Shown here: in pieces, positions 1-10,520 of the stretch | How positions within the stretch are numbered: the stretch's first letter is position 1 | How the letters are laid out: each line of letters begins with the position of its first letter | Source of the DNA: a virus | Taxonomy: Duplodnaviria; Caudoviricetes | Direction: 5' to 3' (one strand) | Virus record (IMG/VR): IMGVR_UViG_3300028602_002388 | Span: 1,590-65,589 of that record | DNA: 64,000 nt | Notes under the pieces: generated by a model | The model's input: the letters and a program-made list of their open reading frames with translations, nothing else | The model's database searches: none | Told to the model about the DNA's origin: nothing | Made by a program: the position numbers and the translations under genes

Positions 1-3000
1 TATTTTGTAACAGAGACGATTAAAAAAGTTTTAGGAGATGATGTTACAGTTGCCCATGTGATTATGGACACGTATCGTATGGATTATTCTGTACATTATG
101 ATAGAGGAAGTTGGAGTGAGCATCGTCGTGAGTCAAAGGGAAGAGGGGTAACTATGCCTTATGATTATTATATGATGGATAAGTATGAGCTACTTTCATA
201 TCCTTATGGTAATATAGGTTCTGTAAATGACGCAGTTACATTTGTTCAGCAAATGCGTTTTTCGGCGTTTCCTAAGCTGGGGATGATTGTTATGAATAAT
301 AGTGGAGATGTTATTGCTAATTATATTCTTGGCAATACTTTTGACTTTAACAAGGCTTATCATTTGGCATCGTCAACGCCTACTGGAAGTTCAGTCATCT
401 TCTATGGTAACAATCGGGAGGTGGTGAAGGTTGTTGATGAAAAGTACAGATTTTTTATCGGCCAAATGTATGTACGTGATTATATTGTTGTTGATAGCAA
501 TAGTAGTGGTGTTACAGGTTTTTATTCCACGCATGAACAGTTTGATATTACTGTCAGTAAGGCGCAATCAGTTTATGGGACTGATAGTGTTTATAATCAT
601 GGTGAGCCAGATCCTTATATTGTCAGTGAGTCTGATTCAAAGGATTATGATTTACGTAATTGGATAGATGAAGATAAATTGACAAACATGGAATTGTTTA
701 AAATAGAGTTCCCTGAACTTGTCTATCTGGCAAAAGAGTTTTTAAGTGCAGAAGTGATTGTGGGTGTGCTTGCTGCGAATATGTGGGGTCGTGCTATATT
801 TAGTGATAAAGTGAGAAAGATAAAGTTAAGCAAAGAATTGTTTGAAAAGGCTACATATGATGATCTTTCTAAAGTTCTTGGCCATGAAATAGGGCACATT
901 ATAGATCGTTTGGCGAAGGTAAAAGGTAGTAATTTATTAGGAAATATAGCGGGGTTAATGAATTACAGGGAGACATTATTACCTGAATCACCTGGAAGGA
1001 GTAATATACTTACGGATGAGGATAGAAAGAGGTTGAAGAAGGAGGCGGAGAAACAAATTAAGGAAGAGGCTGAAAAGAGTATGGTTGAGATTGTTGAAGA
1101 GGTAGTAAGTAAGATACCATATTATGAGGATATAGGTGTGTCTCCCAAAGACATTGTAGATATTTGGAATAATGTAGATTCGGATTTAAGGAGTAGAAAC
1201 CCTGAACTTTACAATTATATTGCTTCTCTTGACACTAAGGGTAAAAGGGCTATTGTAACAAAGGCCATGCAGGGTTATGTTGACGAGTTTATACAGAGGC
1301 GTTATGGTCGGATACTTAAGTATAAAGATATTGTTGAGAAGATACGTAAGTCCATTAAGACTAAGCCCGTTACGGCGGAAGCTATAAGTGAGCGTTTTTC
1401 CGAATTGTTAAGAGAGGAAATAAATAAAAGGCGACTGTTTGAGTTAGAGACGATAAGAGAGGAACTAAAGACATTGTCTAAGTGGTGGAAGGAGTTTGAT
1501 GAGAAATTAAACCCTAAATATACTAAGTATCGTTTTTCCAATAGGGAGCTTTATGCTGATGCTTTAAGTGTTCTTTTTAATGCTCCACATGAGCTTGCAG
1601 AAAGAGCTCCATTTTTTAACAGGGCTTTCTTTAATTATTTCGGTGTTCGTCCGGAGGCTAAGTCCGGTTATGAGCATTTACAGACTTTACTAAAAGACCC
1701 TAACATGGTATTGGCTGAAAGGAGTCATCGTGTACGTAAAGGCTTTGAGGAAGCTCGACAAAAAGTATTAGAACAATGGAATAAGTCAAAAAAGCATAAA
1801 TTCGGCGTAGCTTCATCTTTTTGGATGAAGTATTTCAGCATCATTGATGTTCTTATAAAAAATGTTCCTGATGTTACCTCCAATTATGGGAAATTAACAC
1901 CTCGTCAGAAGATACAAAATGCAGTCGAGATGATTGCATTTATAGACAATGAACATTTCTCATTACTTGACAAGATCACTCGTGAGGTGGTGTTGCCTTT
2001 AGAGATGCTTGGTGTAGATTTAGATACTTTTGGTGAGGCGTTAACGTATATACGCATTATTGAGGGGCGTAGTGATAAGGCTGCCCCTTTAGGGTTACAG
2101 GAGATGTTTAGTGTGGAGGGATTAAATTTTATACGAGAGAAGATGTCTGTAGAGGTGGAAAAGGTGTTTTTTGATAAGATAAGGCTTTTTCATGAGTATA
2201 TTCATGGAGCTCTTGTAAAGATACAAGCTGAAAGCAACATGTTTTCAGATAAGCAGATGAGTATTATTTTTAAGAACAAGTATAATTATGCTACATTTAG
2301 GGATATAAAGTATGTTGGCAATTTTGTTCCTGCTGTGATAAAGCCGATTAAGGGTACTTTAAACGCTATACAGAATCCTTTTGAAGCTACTCTTGCTTAT
2401 GTTTTTGCATTACAACGGGCGGCACGTAAGACATATGCTAAGAATATGACCCTTGAATTTTTGATGAAGTATGACCCTCTTGGTGTAGAAAATGCGAAAC
2501 GTACCCGTCAAGGTTTTATAGTAAAAAAAGATCGTTATTTGCTGGATTTTTATGAGAAGGGTGAGCATGTTGGATATTATGTTGATCCTTATTTTGAGTA
2601 TATCTTTGAGGTAGTGAAAGATAATGATCTTGCAAGCTTGACAAAACTTTTCAAATATTTTAATAAAGGTTTTAAGCCTTTAGTTACAGAGTTTAATCCT
2701 GGTTTTGCTTTTATGTTTAATGTTTTAAGAGACACTAACAGGGCAAAAGTGGATTTAACGAGTATAGTGGGCGATGGGAAGGTTATTCCTATTGAAGAAT
2801 CATTAAGGGTTAGGGCACATCTTGTTAGTCATTTTTTATCCTCTTTTAAGCAGGGGCGTGGTGTTTATTATGGCAATATAGAGCCTGTGATAAATGAGAT
2901 GATAGATGCAGGTGTCTTTGACATAAGAACGGGTATAAGTTCTAATTATAATGTGAGTGAGCAGGAGTCTGTAGATATTGTTGCTTCGAGGTTGTTTCCA

Positions 3001-4449
3001 GAAGTATATAATAGAAAATACAAACGTTGGCGTGAGTTGAATGAAGCTACAAAGACGTTAAGTGCTTTTGGTCATTTATATCGTTCAACGGCAAGGGGTT
3101 TGGAGTTGGGTACTAAGATTAATGCTTACAAGTTTTTACGTAAATCAGGTTTTGACATTGAGGCGGCTTCTTTTTATGCAAGGAATATAGCTGGTACTCC
3201 TAATTGGAAAAGATACGGGTTGCATACTGTTTGGCTCAATCAATGGTCTCCCTTTTCTAATGTTACCTTACAGGGTTTAGGTATGGATTTAACTCTTGCT
3301 ACGAAAAGGAAGACGGCGGGAGGATTCTGGTATTCTGTTATTGCCGGTGCGGTGCTGCCTGGAATATTACAAGGATTACTTGCGTCAGGTTTGTTTGATG
3401 AGAGATTGCGTAAGATTTATGACAAGATACCTAATTATCATAAGTATAATTTTTTATGTATTCCTTTTGACACTACTGATGATGGTGCTGTTCGTTATTT
3501 TGTATTACCATTTGGGGAGATCACGAGATTATTTTTCTCGATAGGTTTTGCTATGTCAAGGGTTTTAGCTGATGAGCGACCTGTAGGAGTTAGGGAGCTT
3601 AAACATATTTTTAACGTGGGGGCGTCATATACATTGTCTATTCATCCTCTTATTGAGATTGTTCATGGTTGGGGGCAATATTTATTTGGTAAGTCTCCAA
3701 CGACCTACATGGGGTCTGATGTTGTTCCTTCTTATATGATGGCTGCCGGAAAAACATGGGAAGGTACTAAAAAGATGCTTTCGTGGACTGCCAGTACATT
3801 AGGGGCAAGCTGGATACTTACAATGGTTTCTTATGATCCGTATGAAAATCGTTTTACGGAGTATGGTTTTAAAAATGTTCCGATTTTGAATAGGATATAT
3901 AAAGAGACAAAAGCGGGCGAGCTTGAAAAGTATTGGGATTTAGTCTCTAAGGTTGATAAGGATCGCAAGGTTGTAGGTATGCGTGAGAAACTTTATCTTA
4001 AAAAGGTTGTTGAGGAGTATGGTAAACAGTTTACAGAGATGAAGATTGATTTGAGAGACAAGGATCAGGTTGTTGAACAACGCAGGCATCAGCGGGATTT
4101 TCTTGATCGAAAGATCAAGGAATATATAGGTGTAGATAAGATAACGACGGCTGAGCAAGTTGATATTTATCGTCGTATGTTTGATACAGGACACGATTAC
4201 ATTTATGCAGGTGTCCATAATGAGGTTGTTGAGGTTATTAGAGTTTTCACTTACGCCCCCACTTTAGAGGCTAAATGCGAGGTGTTAAATATGTTCAGGC
4301 GGCAGGAAGGTGAGGAGGCTTATCAGGAGTTACTTAATTACTTGAAGTGGCAGGGACGTTTATCAAATGACTTTTTTAGCACATGGCATAAGATGTACGG
4401 GGCGGAAGAGAAAAAGAGAAAGGAAGAGGCGGTAAAGAAAGAAATGTAA
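1..4449 (+). CDS. Giant polyvalent/virion protein, C-terminal part (5'-partial); zincin-like HExxH motif, degenerate JAB/RadC-like segment, LPD38-like C-terminal region
   Basis: Frame is open from base 1 (YFVTETIKKV...), so the 58 start is not the true start. Contains LGHEIGH. The C-terminal YDKIPNYHKYNFLCIPF...FVLPFG region resembles LPD38 of phage large polyvalent proteins. Confidence 0.6.
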   Translation, partial: YFVTETIKKVLGDDVTVAHVIMDTYRMDYSVHYDRGSWSEHRRESKGRGVTMPYDYYMMDKYELLSYPYGNIGSVNDAVTFVQQMRFSAFPKLGMIVMNNSGDVIANYILGNTFDFNKAYHLASSTPTGSSVIFYGNNREVVKVVDEKYRFFIGQMYVRDYIVVDSNSSGVTGFYSTHEQFDITVSKAQSVYGTDSVYNHGEPDPYIVSESDSKDYDLRNWIDEDKLTNMELFKIEFPELVYLAKEFLSAEVIVGVLAANMWGRAIFSDKVRKIKLSKELFEKATYDDLSKVLGHEIGHIIDRLAKVKGSNLLGNIAGLMNYRETLLPESPGRSNILTDEDRKRLKKEAEKQIKEEAEKSMVEIVEEVVSKIPYYEDIGVSPKDIVDIWNNVDSDLRSRNPELYNYIASLDTKGKRAIVTKAMQGYVDEFIQRRYGRILKYKDIVEKIRKSIKTKPVTAEAISERFSELLREEINKRRLFELETIREELKTLSKWWKEFDEKLNPKYTKYRFSNRELYADALSVLFNAPHELAERAPFFNRAFFNYFGVRPEAKSGYEHLQTLLKDPNMVLAERSHRVRKGFEEARQKVLEQWNKSKKHKFGVASSFWMKYFSIIDVLIKNVPDVTSNYGKLTPRQKIQNAVEMIAFIDNEHFSLLDKITREVVLPLEMLGVDLDTFGEALTYIRIIEGRSDKAAPLGLQEMFSVEGLNFIREKMSVEVEKVFFDKIRLFHEYIHGALVKIQAESNMFSDKQMSIIFKNKYNYATFRDIKYVGNFVPAVIKPIKGTLNAIQNPFEATLAYVFALQRAARKTYAKNMTLEFLMKYDPLGVENAKRTRQGFIVKKDRYLLDFYEKGEHVGYYVDPYFEYIFEVVKDNDLASLTKLFKYFNKGFKPLVTEFNPGFAFMFNVLRDTNRAKVDLTSIVGDGKVIPIEESLRVRAHLVSHFLSSFKQGRGVYYGNIEPVINEMIDAGVFDIRTGISSNYNVSEQESVDIVASRLFPEVYNRKYKRWRELNEATKTLSAFGHLYRSTARGLELGTKINAYKFLRKSGFDIEAASFYARNIAGTPNWKRYGLHTVWLNQWSPFSNVTLQGLGMDLTLATKRKTAGGFWYSVIAGAVLPGILQGLLASGLFDERLRKIYDKIPNYHKYNFLCIPFDTTDDGAVRYFVLPFGEITRLFFSIGFAMSRVLADERPVGVRELKHIFNVGASYTLSIHPLIEIVHGWGQYLFGKSPTTYMGSDVVPSYMMAAGKTWEGTKKMLSWTASTLGASWILTMVSYDPYENRFTEYGFKNVPILNRIYKETKAGELEKYWDLVSKVDKDRKVVGMREKLYLKKVVEEYGKQFTEMKIDLRDKDQVVEQRRHQRDFLDRKIKEYIGVDKITTAEQVDIYRRMFDTGHDYIYAGVHNEVVEVIRVFTYAPTLEAKCEVLNMFRRQEGEEAYQELLNYLKWQGRLSNDFFSTWHKMYGAEEKKRKEEAVKKEM

Positions 4450-4506
4450 TCAAAAAATCATTTTTATTAAAAGTATCTTACTTTCGTAAGATATAATAAT
4501 TGCAGT

Positions 4507-6942
4507 ATGTCATTTATTAAACAAGTTATAGGCGTTGACAAATTCGTTGATTTACCTTCAAGAGGTGATAAACGGGTGTTTTATGTTGTTCGAGAGCCTG
4601 TTAGCGGGGTTAACAGTCTTGTCAGAGGGTATATATGGAATAATGGCGGTTATCAGCCTATTGTTGACCCTAACTTTATCATTCATTGTCCTTATAGCAA
4701 GGATGGTTATGATTTTACTACAATAAAGGATGCGCTTGATTTTCTTTTAACAAAGGAATTACAAGTCTCTTTGATTGTTACTCCTGCGCAAACATATGGT
4801 TCATATCCTATTGATATTCAATTCACATGGGTTCTTTCAAAGTTGGTAGAGAATATTGAATCAATAGTTTTAAAGCGTATGATGGGGGGTGGTGAACAGG
4901 TTATTGCGTCTAATCTTATACAATACACCGTTGGCTCGGTAGGGCAGCATAGTGTTCAACAGACGTTATCTGGCGATGCTGTTTATGAGATTACTGTGAT
5001 TGATACATTTGGGAACGTGGCAACGGCCTATGGAGAGGTTAAATATGTGTCAAGTAGTGTGCAGATACTTGAATTTAAGGTGTCGCCAGACTATTGGCAT
5101 GAGCGAGGGGATAGCAATGAGGGTGAGTTTACGTTATCGTGGACGCTTTCTGCGGGCAAAGAGTATTTAAGCAGCATATATGTACAGGATAAGATTTACA
5201 GTTCTGATGAGTACGGCGAGCCTGTTTCATTAATGGATTACACGTTAGCTGACGGTTCGGGAACGCTTACAGTAACAAAAGAATTGACCGAGAGTATTGT
5301 TTTTAAACTTTCAGTGGTCTCTGTCTCATCGCCTGATGTAAGGACGGCAGAAACGGTTGTTGAGTTTATATCTTATATCCCAATCAGTGTTGAAGTTCCT
5401 TTAAGCATTAATCCGGCAAGCTCATCCGGCTCGCAGGTAAATTATACTTTTACCTGTACGTTTAATCGAGTGTTTAATATTGAGAATGGAGGTTACTTAA
5501 GACTTTATCAGGTAGATTCTTTTGGAGAGAAGATACTCGATTCATCGAACGTGTTTGGTGGAGGTTATGTTAATATTGAAGTGTTAAGTAGTAAATTTGT
5601 AATGATACAACGTTTACTTACAATATCACAGACTACATATTTTGAGTTAGAGGCCAGAGAGGTTGACGATTTTATGAATGTGTCGGAAGTCTCGTCGTAT
5701 GCATCTGTATCGTTTAATATTGATATGGAGTTTACTGCCCTTTCGGTAAGTCCTGTAAAGGACTATATGAACAACAATGGTTATCAAAGCGGTTATCTAT
5801 TTACAGCTACATTTAATAATTCATTAAATGATAGTTTAATTAGCCTTGTTAACCTTTCCATTGACGGTGTTAGTTACGAAATAAATAACTATAGCCTTAA
5901 TGTGAATGTGCTTTCTTTTAGTTTCACGCAGCAGTTTACTGAAGGTGCTACCGTTGAGTTTTTGTTAGGAGTAACCTATGATGGGGTTGAGTTAAGTCGC
6001 ACAGTGATGTTAACTATGTATTCCATCCCCAATATAAATGATGTTACATTTATTCATACAGGCAATGCAGGTCAGTTTGGGGTGTCGGGAACATTAACCC
6101 GACAGCTTATTGACACCATTACTGTTCGTTTTGCAGGTAAAGGGTATTCCGCATCATCGGTCATTGATGGTGCGGAATTATCAATAACTGATAGTTTGAA
6201 TAATTTCTCTTTTGTAACGGGTGTAAACACGCAGACGTTACAAATTACAGAGACGTTGAACGGTGGGCGTGCTCCTTATCAGATAAGCAAGTCGCTCACT
6301 TTTACGTTATATAGCATAACATTTATTATAAAACATAACGGTACGCCTGTAAGTGGCGCATCGGTAAATATTAATGGCAAGACGATTACAACAAATTCTT
6401 CTGGACAGGCTGTAGCTAATGCTTTAACAAATGGTGTGTATTCGTATTCAGTAAGTTGTTCTGGATATAATACTATTCAGGATAATGTTCAAGTAAATAA
6501 CGCAAATCAGACGATTAACATTTCTTTAACAGAGGTTACTCCTGATCATTACGTCTATTTTGGCTATATGACTGTAGGGCAGACCTATGGCAGTGTAACT
6601 ATTGTAGAAGACGCTGGACAAAGCGCCTTAGCTGCCTTACAACAACCTTCTGTTGTTACAGGGCAGTCGTCTAAGGGAACTAATATTATTGATCCCGTTA
6701 CTATTCAGTATGCTGTTTATCCATCTCCGTTGCAAGGTCATATGTTTTTAGCTTCTGAATGTTCTGATTATATAGGTTACAAAAATGTGTTTTTTGCGAC
6801 ATTGGATAACATGTGGATTTATGGGCAAGAACATAACGTAACTATTAATGGAAAAGTGTATTATTTATATGTTGCGAAGTTCAGAGTAGAAGGAGAGGGA
6901 GATCCTACGCCGGAGATGACCTTTAGTAGCGTTGTGATTTAA
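4507..6942 (+). CDS. Virion structural/tail protein with Ig-like beta-sandwich domains
   Basis: 811 aa, beta-rich and S/T/V-rich. The segment TFIIKHNGTPVSGASVNINGKTITTNSSGQA looks like an Ig/carboxypeptidase-regulatory-like fold. Confidence 0.5.
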   Translation: MSFIKQVIGVDKFVDLPSRGDKRVFYVVREPVSGVNSLVRGYIWNNGGYQPIVDPNFIIHCPYSKDGYDFTTIKDALDFLLTKELQVSLIVTPAQTYGSYPIDIQFTWVLSKLVENIESIVLKRMMGGGEQVIASNLIQYTVGSVGQHSVQQTLSGDAVYEITVIDTFGNVATAYGEVKYVSSSVQILEFKVSPDYWHERGDSNEGEFTLSWTLSAGKEYLSSIYVQDKIYSSDEYGEPVSLMDYTLADGSGTLTVTKELTESIVFKLSVVSVSSPDVRTAETVVEFISYIPISVEVPLSINPASSSGSQVNYTFTCTFNRVFNIENGGYLRLYQVDSFGEKILDSSNVFGGGYVNIEVLSSKFVMIQRLLTISQTTYFELEAREVDDFMNVSEVSSYASVSFNIDMEFTALSVSPVKDYMNNNGYQSGYLFTATFNNSLNDSLISLVNLSIDGVSYEINNYSLNVNVLSFSFTQQFTEGATVEFLLGVTYDGVELSRTVMLTMYSIPNINDVTFIHTGNAGQFGVSGTLTRQLIDTITVRFAGKGYSASSVIDGAELSITDSLNNFSFVTGVNTQTLQITETLNGGRAPYQISKSLTFTLYSITFIIKHNGTPVSGASVNINGKTITTNSSGQAVANALTNGVYSYSVSCSGYNTIQDNVQVNNANQTINISLTEVTPDHYVYFGYMTVGQTYGSVTIVEDAGQSALAALQQPSVVTGQSSKGTNIIDPVTIQYAVYPSPLQGHMFLASECSDYIGYKNVFFATLDNMWIYGQEHNVTINGKVYYLYVAKFRVEGEGDPTPEMTFSSVVI

Positions 6943-6964
6943 AAATAAAAATATTAATATAGAG

Positions 6965-7480
6965 ATGGCAATAGATTTATTTGATGGAATAAGGGTAAAG
7001 GCAGCAAGTCCTTTGAACTTACATTCTATTGTAGGAACAAAAGATTTGAATATGTTTGGGACTAAACCTGTTTACGCTACAAAAGAGGCTTTTGCAGCAT
7101 CGCCTTATTCTTATTCTGGAGCAACAGTTTATGATGTTGATACTGGAAAAAAATGGTTGTTTGAATGGGAGTGGAATGGCACTGAGGTAGTAAAAAGTTG
7201 GAAAGAGCTGCCTGTAAATCAAGTTAGTAGTTATGATAAGTATTTATTTGTTGTTAATGTGTCAAATCAGAATTATGATAGTCAAACAAAAGTATTAACT
7301 ATTAATGAATTTGGTGGTACATTTGAAGTTGGAGATGAAGTCTATATTGTTGTAAACGGATTAGTGTATAATACTTCTTTTACTCTAAATGGGGGGACAA
7401 ATACTTTAAAATGGATGTTAACCGATTATGATTTGGGCAGTGGTGATGTGGTAGAGATAATATTGTATAAAAAAGTATAA
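6965..7480 (+). CDS. Hypothetical virion/tail protein
   Basis: 171-aa ORF co-oriented within the fibre cluster. Confidence 0.45.
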   Translation: MAIDLFDGIRVKAASPLNLHSIVGTKDLNMFGTKPVYATKEAFAASPYSYSGATVYDVDTGKKWLFEWEWNGTEVVKSWKELPVNQVSSYDKYLFVVNVSNQNYDSQTKVLTINEFGGTFEVGDEVYIVVNGLVYNTSFTLNGGTNTLKWMLTDYDLGSGDVVEIILYKKV

Positions 7481-7497
7481 TTTTAAATAAAAATGAT

Positions 7498-8907
7498 ATG
7501 TTAAAGTTAAAACAAATTGATGGATTAATAGCTGCTTTAAACAATAAGGCTTCAAAGGCAGTAATTGAAAGTGGTAGTTACACAAAGGTAACTGTTAACA
7601 ATGAAGGAATTGTTACCGGCGGTAATAATTTAAATAGCGCCGATTTGCCTATAGTGCCTGTAACAAAGGGCGGCACTGGATTATCTTCGCTTACTTCAGG
7701 GAGTTTCTTAAGAGGTGATGGTACTGGTAATGTATCGTTAAGAACTGCTGCACAAGTTAAGTCAGATATTGAATTGGGTAATGTAACTAATCATGCACAA
7801 GTTAGGAAGGCTGTGAGTTCCACTGACGGTGTTATTCCAAAGTGGAGCGGTGCAGATGGCGTTTCTATTATTGATGGCTTTACTCCCAGAACCACGTTAA
7901 GGGCGTCTGCATCTGCTGATGATGTTAGTATTGCTACGGAGAAAGCTGTGCGAACGGCTGTTGATGCTATAGCAATGGCTGTTGATGCTATGGATTACAA
8001 GGGTGCTATAGACGCCTCCACAAATCCTAACTACCCTGCTGCGAGCAAGGGGGATACTTATAAGTTTTCGGCTAACGGAAAGATAGGTGGGGCAAACGGG
8101 GTAACAGTCTATCTTGGGGATTTTATGATATGTGTGCGTGATACCGTAGGGGGCACTCAGGGAACTGTAGGCGAGGATTGGGATGTTTTTCATTTAAATC
8201 GTGAGGGAGAGGTTATAGGTCCCTCATCGGCCACGAATGGCAATATATCCGTTTTTGACGGCACTACCGGAAAATTGATAAAGGACGGTGGTGTTGGCGT
8301 TGATGCTTTACTTGGGAAGTTAGACTATGCGTATTCGATAGATGCTTCTTCAAATCCTAACTATCCTGCTGCGAGTAAGGGGCAGGTTTTTGATATAAGT
8401 GTTGCGGGAAAGATCGGTGGTGTCAATGGTGTTGAGGTTGGGGTTGGAGATTTGTTGATCTGTTTACAGAATGTGTTAGGGGGCGCACAGGGTGAAGTAG
8501 GTAGTTCATGGGCAAGGATAAGGCGTCCTAACGAGGTATTGGGACCGTCATCTTCTGCTAATAACAGGATAGCCGTCTTTGACGGCACTACCGGAAAATT
8601 GATAAAAGACGGTGGTAGTACAATTGCAGATATTGTCTCAGGACAAGCAAATTTGCGTAACAAGCAGCATAAGATAACCGGCAATGAGGGGAGCATGGCT
8701 ACTGTGATAACTATTACAAACGCCTTGACAGAGAGTGTAATGAGCGGGACTGTTCCTACGTTTAGTGTTAATGGGTTAAGCTATCCTATGGGTGATTATG
8801 CCAGCCTTAATATAGGAGAATGGGCGTTTTCAGGTTCATCAATACGTGTACGGCTTCCTTATAATCTTGAAACAGATGATGTAATATTGATAATTTATAA
8901 TTATTAA
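7498..8907 (+). CDS. Tail fibre-like protein with a duplicated ~108-aa internal module
   Basis: Gly-rich; DASTNPNYPAASKG and GPSS...VFDGTTGKLIKDGG each occur twice. Confidence 0.55.
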   Translation: MLKLKQIDGLIAALNNKASKAVIESGSYTKVTVNNEGIVTGGNNLNSADLPIVPVTKGGTGLSSLTSGSFLRGDGTGNVSLRTAAQVKSDIELGNVTNHAQVRKAVSSTDGVIPKWSGADGVSIIDGFTPRTTLRASASADDVSIATEKAVRTAVDAIAMAVDAMDYKGAIDASTNPNYPAASKGDTYKFSANGKIGGANGVTVYLGDFMICVRDTVGGTQGTVGEDWDVFHLNREGEVIGPSSATNGNISVFDGTTGKLIKDGGVGVDALLGKLDYAYSIDASSNPNYPAASKGQVFDISVAGKIGGVNGVEVGVGDLLICLQNVLGGAQGEVGSSWARIRRPNEVLGPSSSANNRIAVFDGTTGKLIKDGGSTIADIVSGQANLRNKQHKITGNEGSMATVITITNALTESVMSGTVPTFSVNGLSYPMGDYASLNIGEWAFSGSSIRVRLPYNLETDDVILIIYNY

Positions 8908-8909
8908 AA

Positions 8910-9431
8910 ATGATAAAGATAAAACAGGTAAGTGGCTTACAGACAGAATTGGACAAAATTCAAACTACTAAGTTTATTATTCCTGCTGCGGCCATGTTAC
9001 CTATGACTGATGCGTCTGCTTACTATCTCGAAGGATCTATTCCTACTATGGTGTTTGACCATCTGACGAACACATCAGTAAAAGCTCAACTGTGGGATTA
9101 TGAGATCCCACAAGCTGTAGCCAGAATAAAGGCAAGAGTGATTGGTAAGACAGCTGATGAGGTAACTGGAGAACAATTTGCTATGCTTGCAGTTGAAGCC
9201 CAATGGGTAGGAACAAACATTGCGTCAGTAACATTTAATCCAAGAACCGAATTTACAATAACAGGGGATGAAAAACTTGTTTATTCTAATAAAACTACGG
9301 CTTTTTCTATTGATGGCACACGCACAATAGGTTGTGGCTTATGGATAACTTTAAAACGTGTTGCTTTACATAATGTTGATGATTTGACGCAGCCATTAAT
9401 GATTGCGTGGCTTGAAATAGAGTTTTTATGA
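8910..9431 (+). CDS. Hypothetical tail-associated protein
   Basis: 173-aa ORF; N-terminus MIKIKQVSGL parallels MLKLKQIDGL of the upstream gene. Confidence 0.45.
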   Translation: MIKIKQVSGLQTELDKIQTTKFIIPAAAMLPMTDASAYYLEGSIPTMVFDHLTNTSVKAQLWDYEIPQAVARIKARVIGKTADEVTGEQFAMLAVEAQWVGTNIASVTFNPRTEFTITGDEKLVYSNKTTAFSIDGTRTIGCGLWITLKRVALHNVDDLTQPLMIAWLEIEFL

Positions 9432-10519
9432 TAAGGCGTTATAATTATAGGGTTGCTTTGGGTGAGGCGACATTTGAGTTGTTGCCTACAGGTGATGGCA
9501 CGGGTTATGCTATATTAAGAATGGAGGCAAGTGAGACGACGACACTTTCTATTCGTGGTGGGGATGCTAAGTTTTACACAGACAATAGCGGTGCTGGTGA
9601 GAGTTCCACATGGACTATTACAAGTGGTGCTATACGGTCAATATTTGTTAAGTGTACCTCAAGGTCGTTACTTGTTTTTCCAAAGCAGGGTGTTATAACA
9701 AAATGGGGGATTAGTACATCGTTAAACGGGTGGAGTTCTGAAATTAATGCTCCTTTAATTAGTAGTGTAGGCTTCCCTTTACGTAATTTAACACACCTAC
9801 ATTTATCAGGACAATGTGAGTTTTCAGGTTCGCTGCCAAGCGGGTTGACTTATCTTTATTTATTAAGCTCTAACATCAATTGGACGTTTTCAGGTTCGCT
9901 GCCAAGCGGGTTGACTTCTTTAATCCTAAATGGCTCTAACATTAATTGGACGTATTCAGGTTCGCTGCCAAGCGGGTTGACTTATCTTTATTTATTAGGC
10001 ACTAACATCAATTGGACGTATTCAGGTTCGCTGCCAAGCGGGTTGACTTCTTTAATCCTATATGGCACTAACATCAATTGGACGTATTCAGGTTCGCTGC
10101 CAAGCGGGTTGACTTCTTTAATCCTATATGGCACTAACATCAATTGGACGTATTCAGGTTCGCTGCCAAGCGGGTTGACTTCTTTAACCCTATATGGCAC
10201 TAACATCAATTGGACGGCATTTGATGCTTCAGGTTCAGGGAATATTACTACTTATTATAGATTACTTGATTTTGTAACAACTGCTTTTTCGGTTACGAAT
10301 TTCATTAGTCTATTACAGTCAATGGTAAGTAGGGTTGGCGGTTTACCTACCACTTGCTTTATTAGTAATTATGATAATAATCCTACTCCTGATGAGATTA
10401 AAAATGCAACTCCTAATCAATCCGGCACTGATGCGGAAAAGGCAAAACATTGGGTGGAGCAGTTAAGGTCTGTGAAGGGAGTTACCTCATTAATTTTAAA
10501 TAATACAAATATTAGTTAA
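9428..10519 (+). CDS. FNIP/leucine-rich-repeat-like protein, possible receptor-binding protein
   Basis: About six 22-aa repeats SGSLPSGLTSLxLxGTNINWT. Confidence 0.55.
   Translation: MIRRYNYRVALGEATFELLPTGDGTGYAILRMEASETTTLSIRGGDAKFYTDNSGAGESSTWTITSGAIRSIFVKCTSRSLLVFPKQGVITKWGISTSLNGWSSEINAPLISSVGFPLRNLTHLHLSGQCEFSGSLPSGLTYLYLLSSNINWTFSGSLPSGLTSLILNGSNINWTYSGSLPSGLTYLYLLGTNINWTYSGSLPSGLTSLILYGTNINWTYSGSLPSGLTSLILYGTNINWTYSGSLPSGLTSLTLYGTNINWTAFDASGSGNITTYYRLLDFVTTAFSVTNFISLLQSMVSRVGGLPTTCFISNYDNNPTPDEIKNATPNQSGTDAEKAKHWVEQLRSVKGVTSLILNNTNIS
9821..10216 (+). repeat. 66-bp tandem repeat (~6 units) inside the LRR-like gene
   Basis: Near-identical units ...tcaggttcgctgccaagcgggttgact... at 66-bp period. 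Confidence 0.95.
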
Positions 10520-10520
10520 T

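Noticed and set aside
9988-10209. 73-aa repeat ORF on the - strand
   Set aside because: Antisense shadow of the 66-bp repeat.
9428-10519. Diversity-generating retroelement target/template pair
   Set aside because: No reverse transcriptase is visible, the differences are not adenine-specific, and the distant match is a CRISPR spacer.
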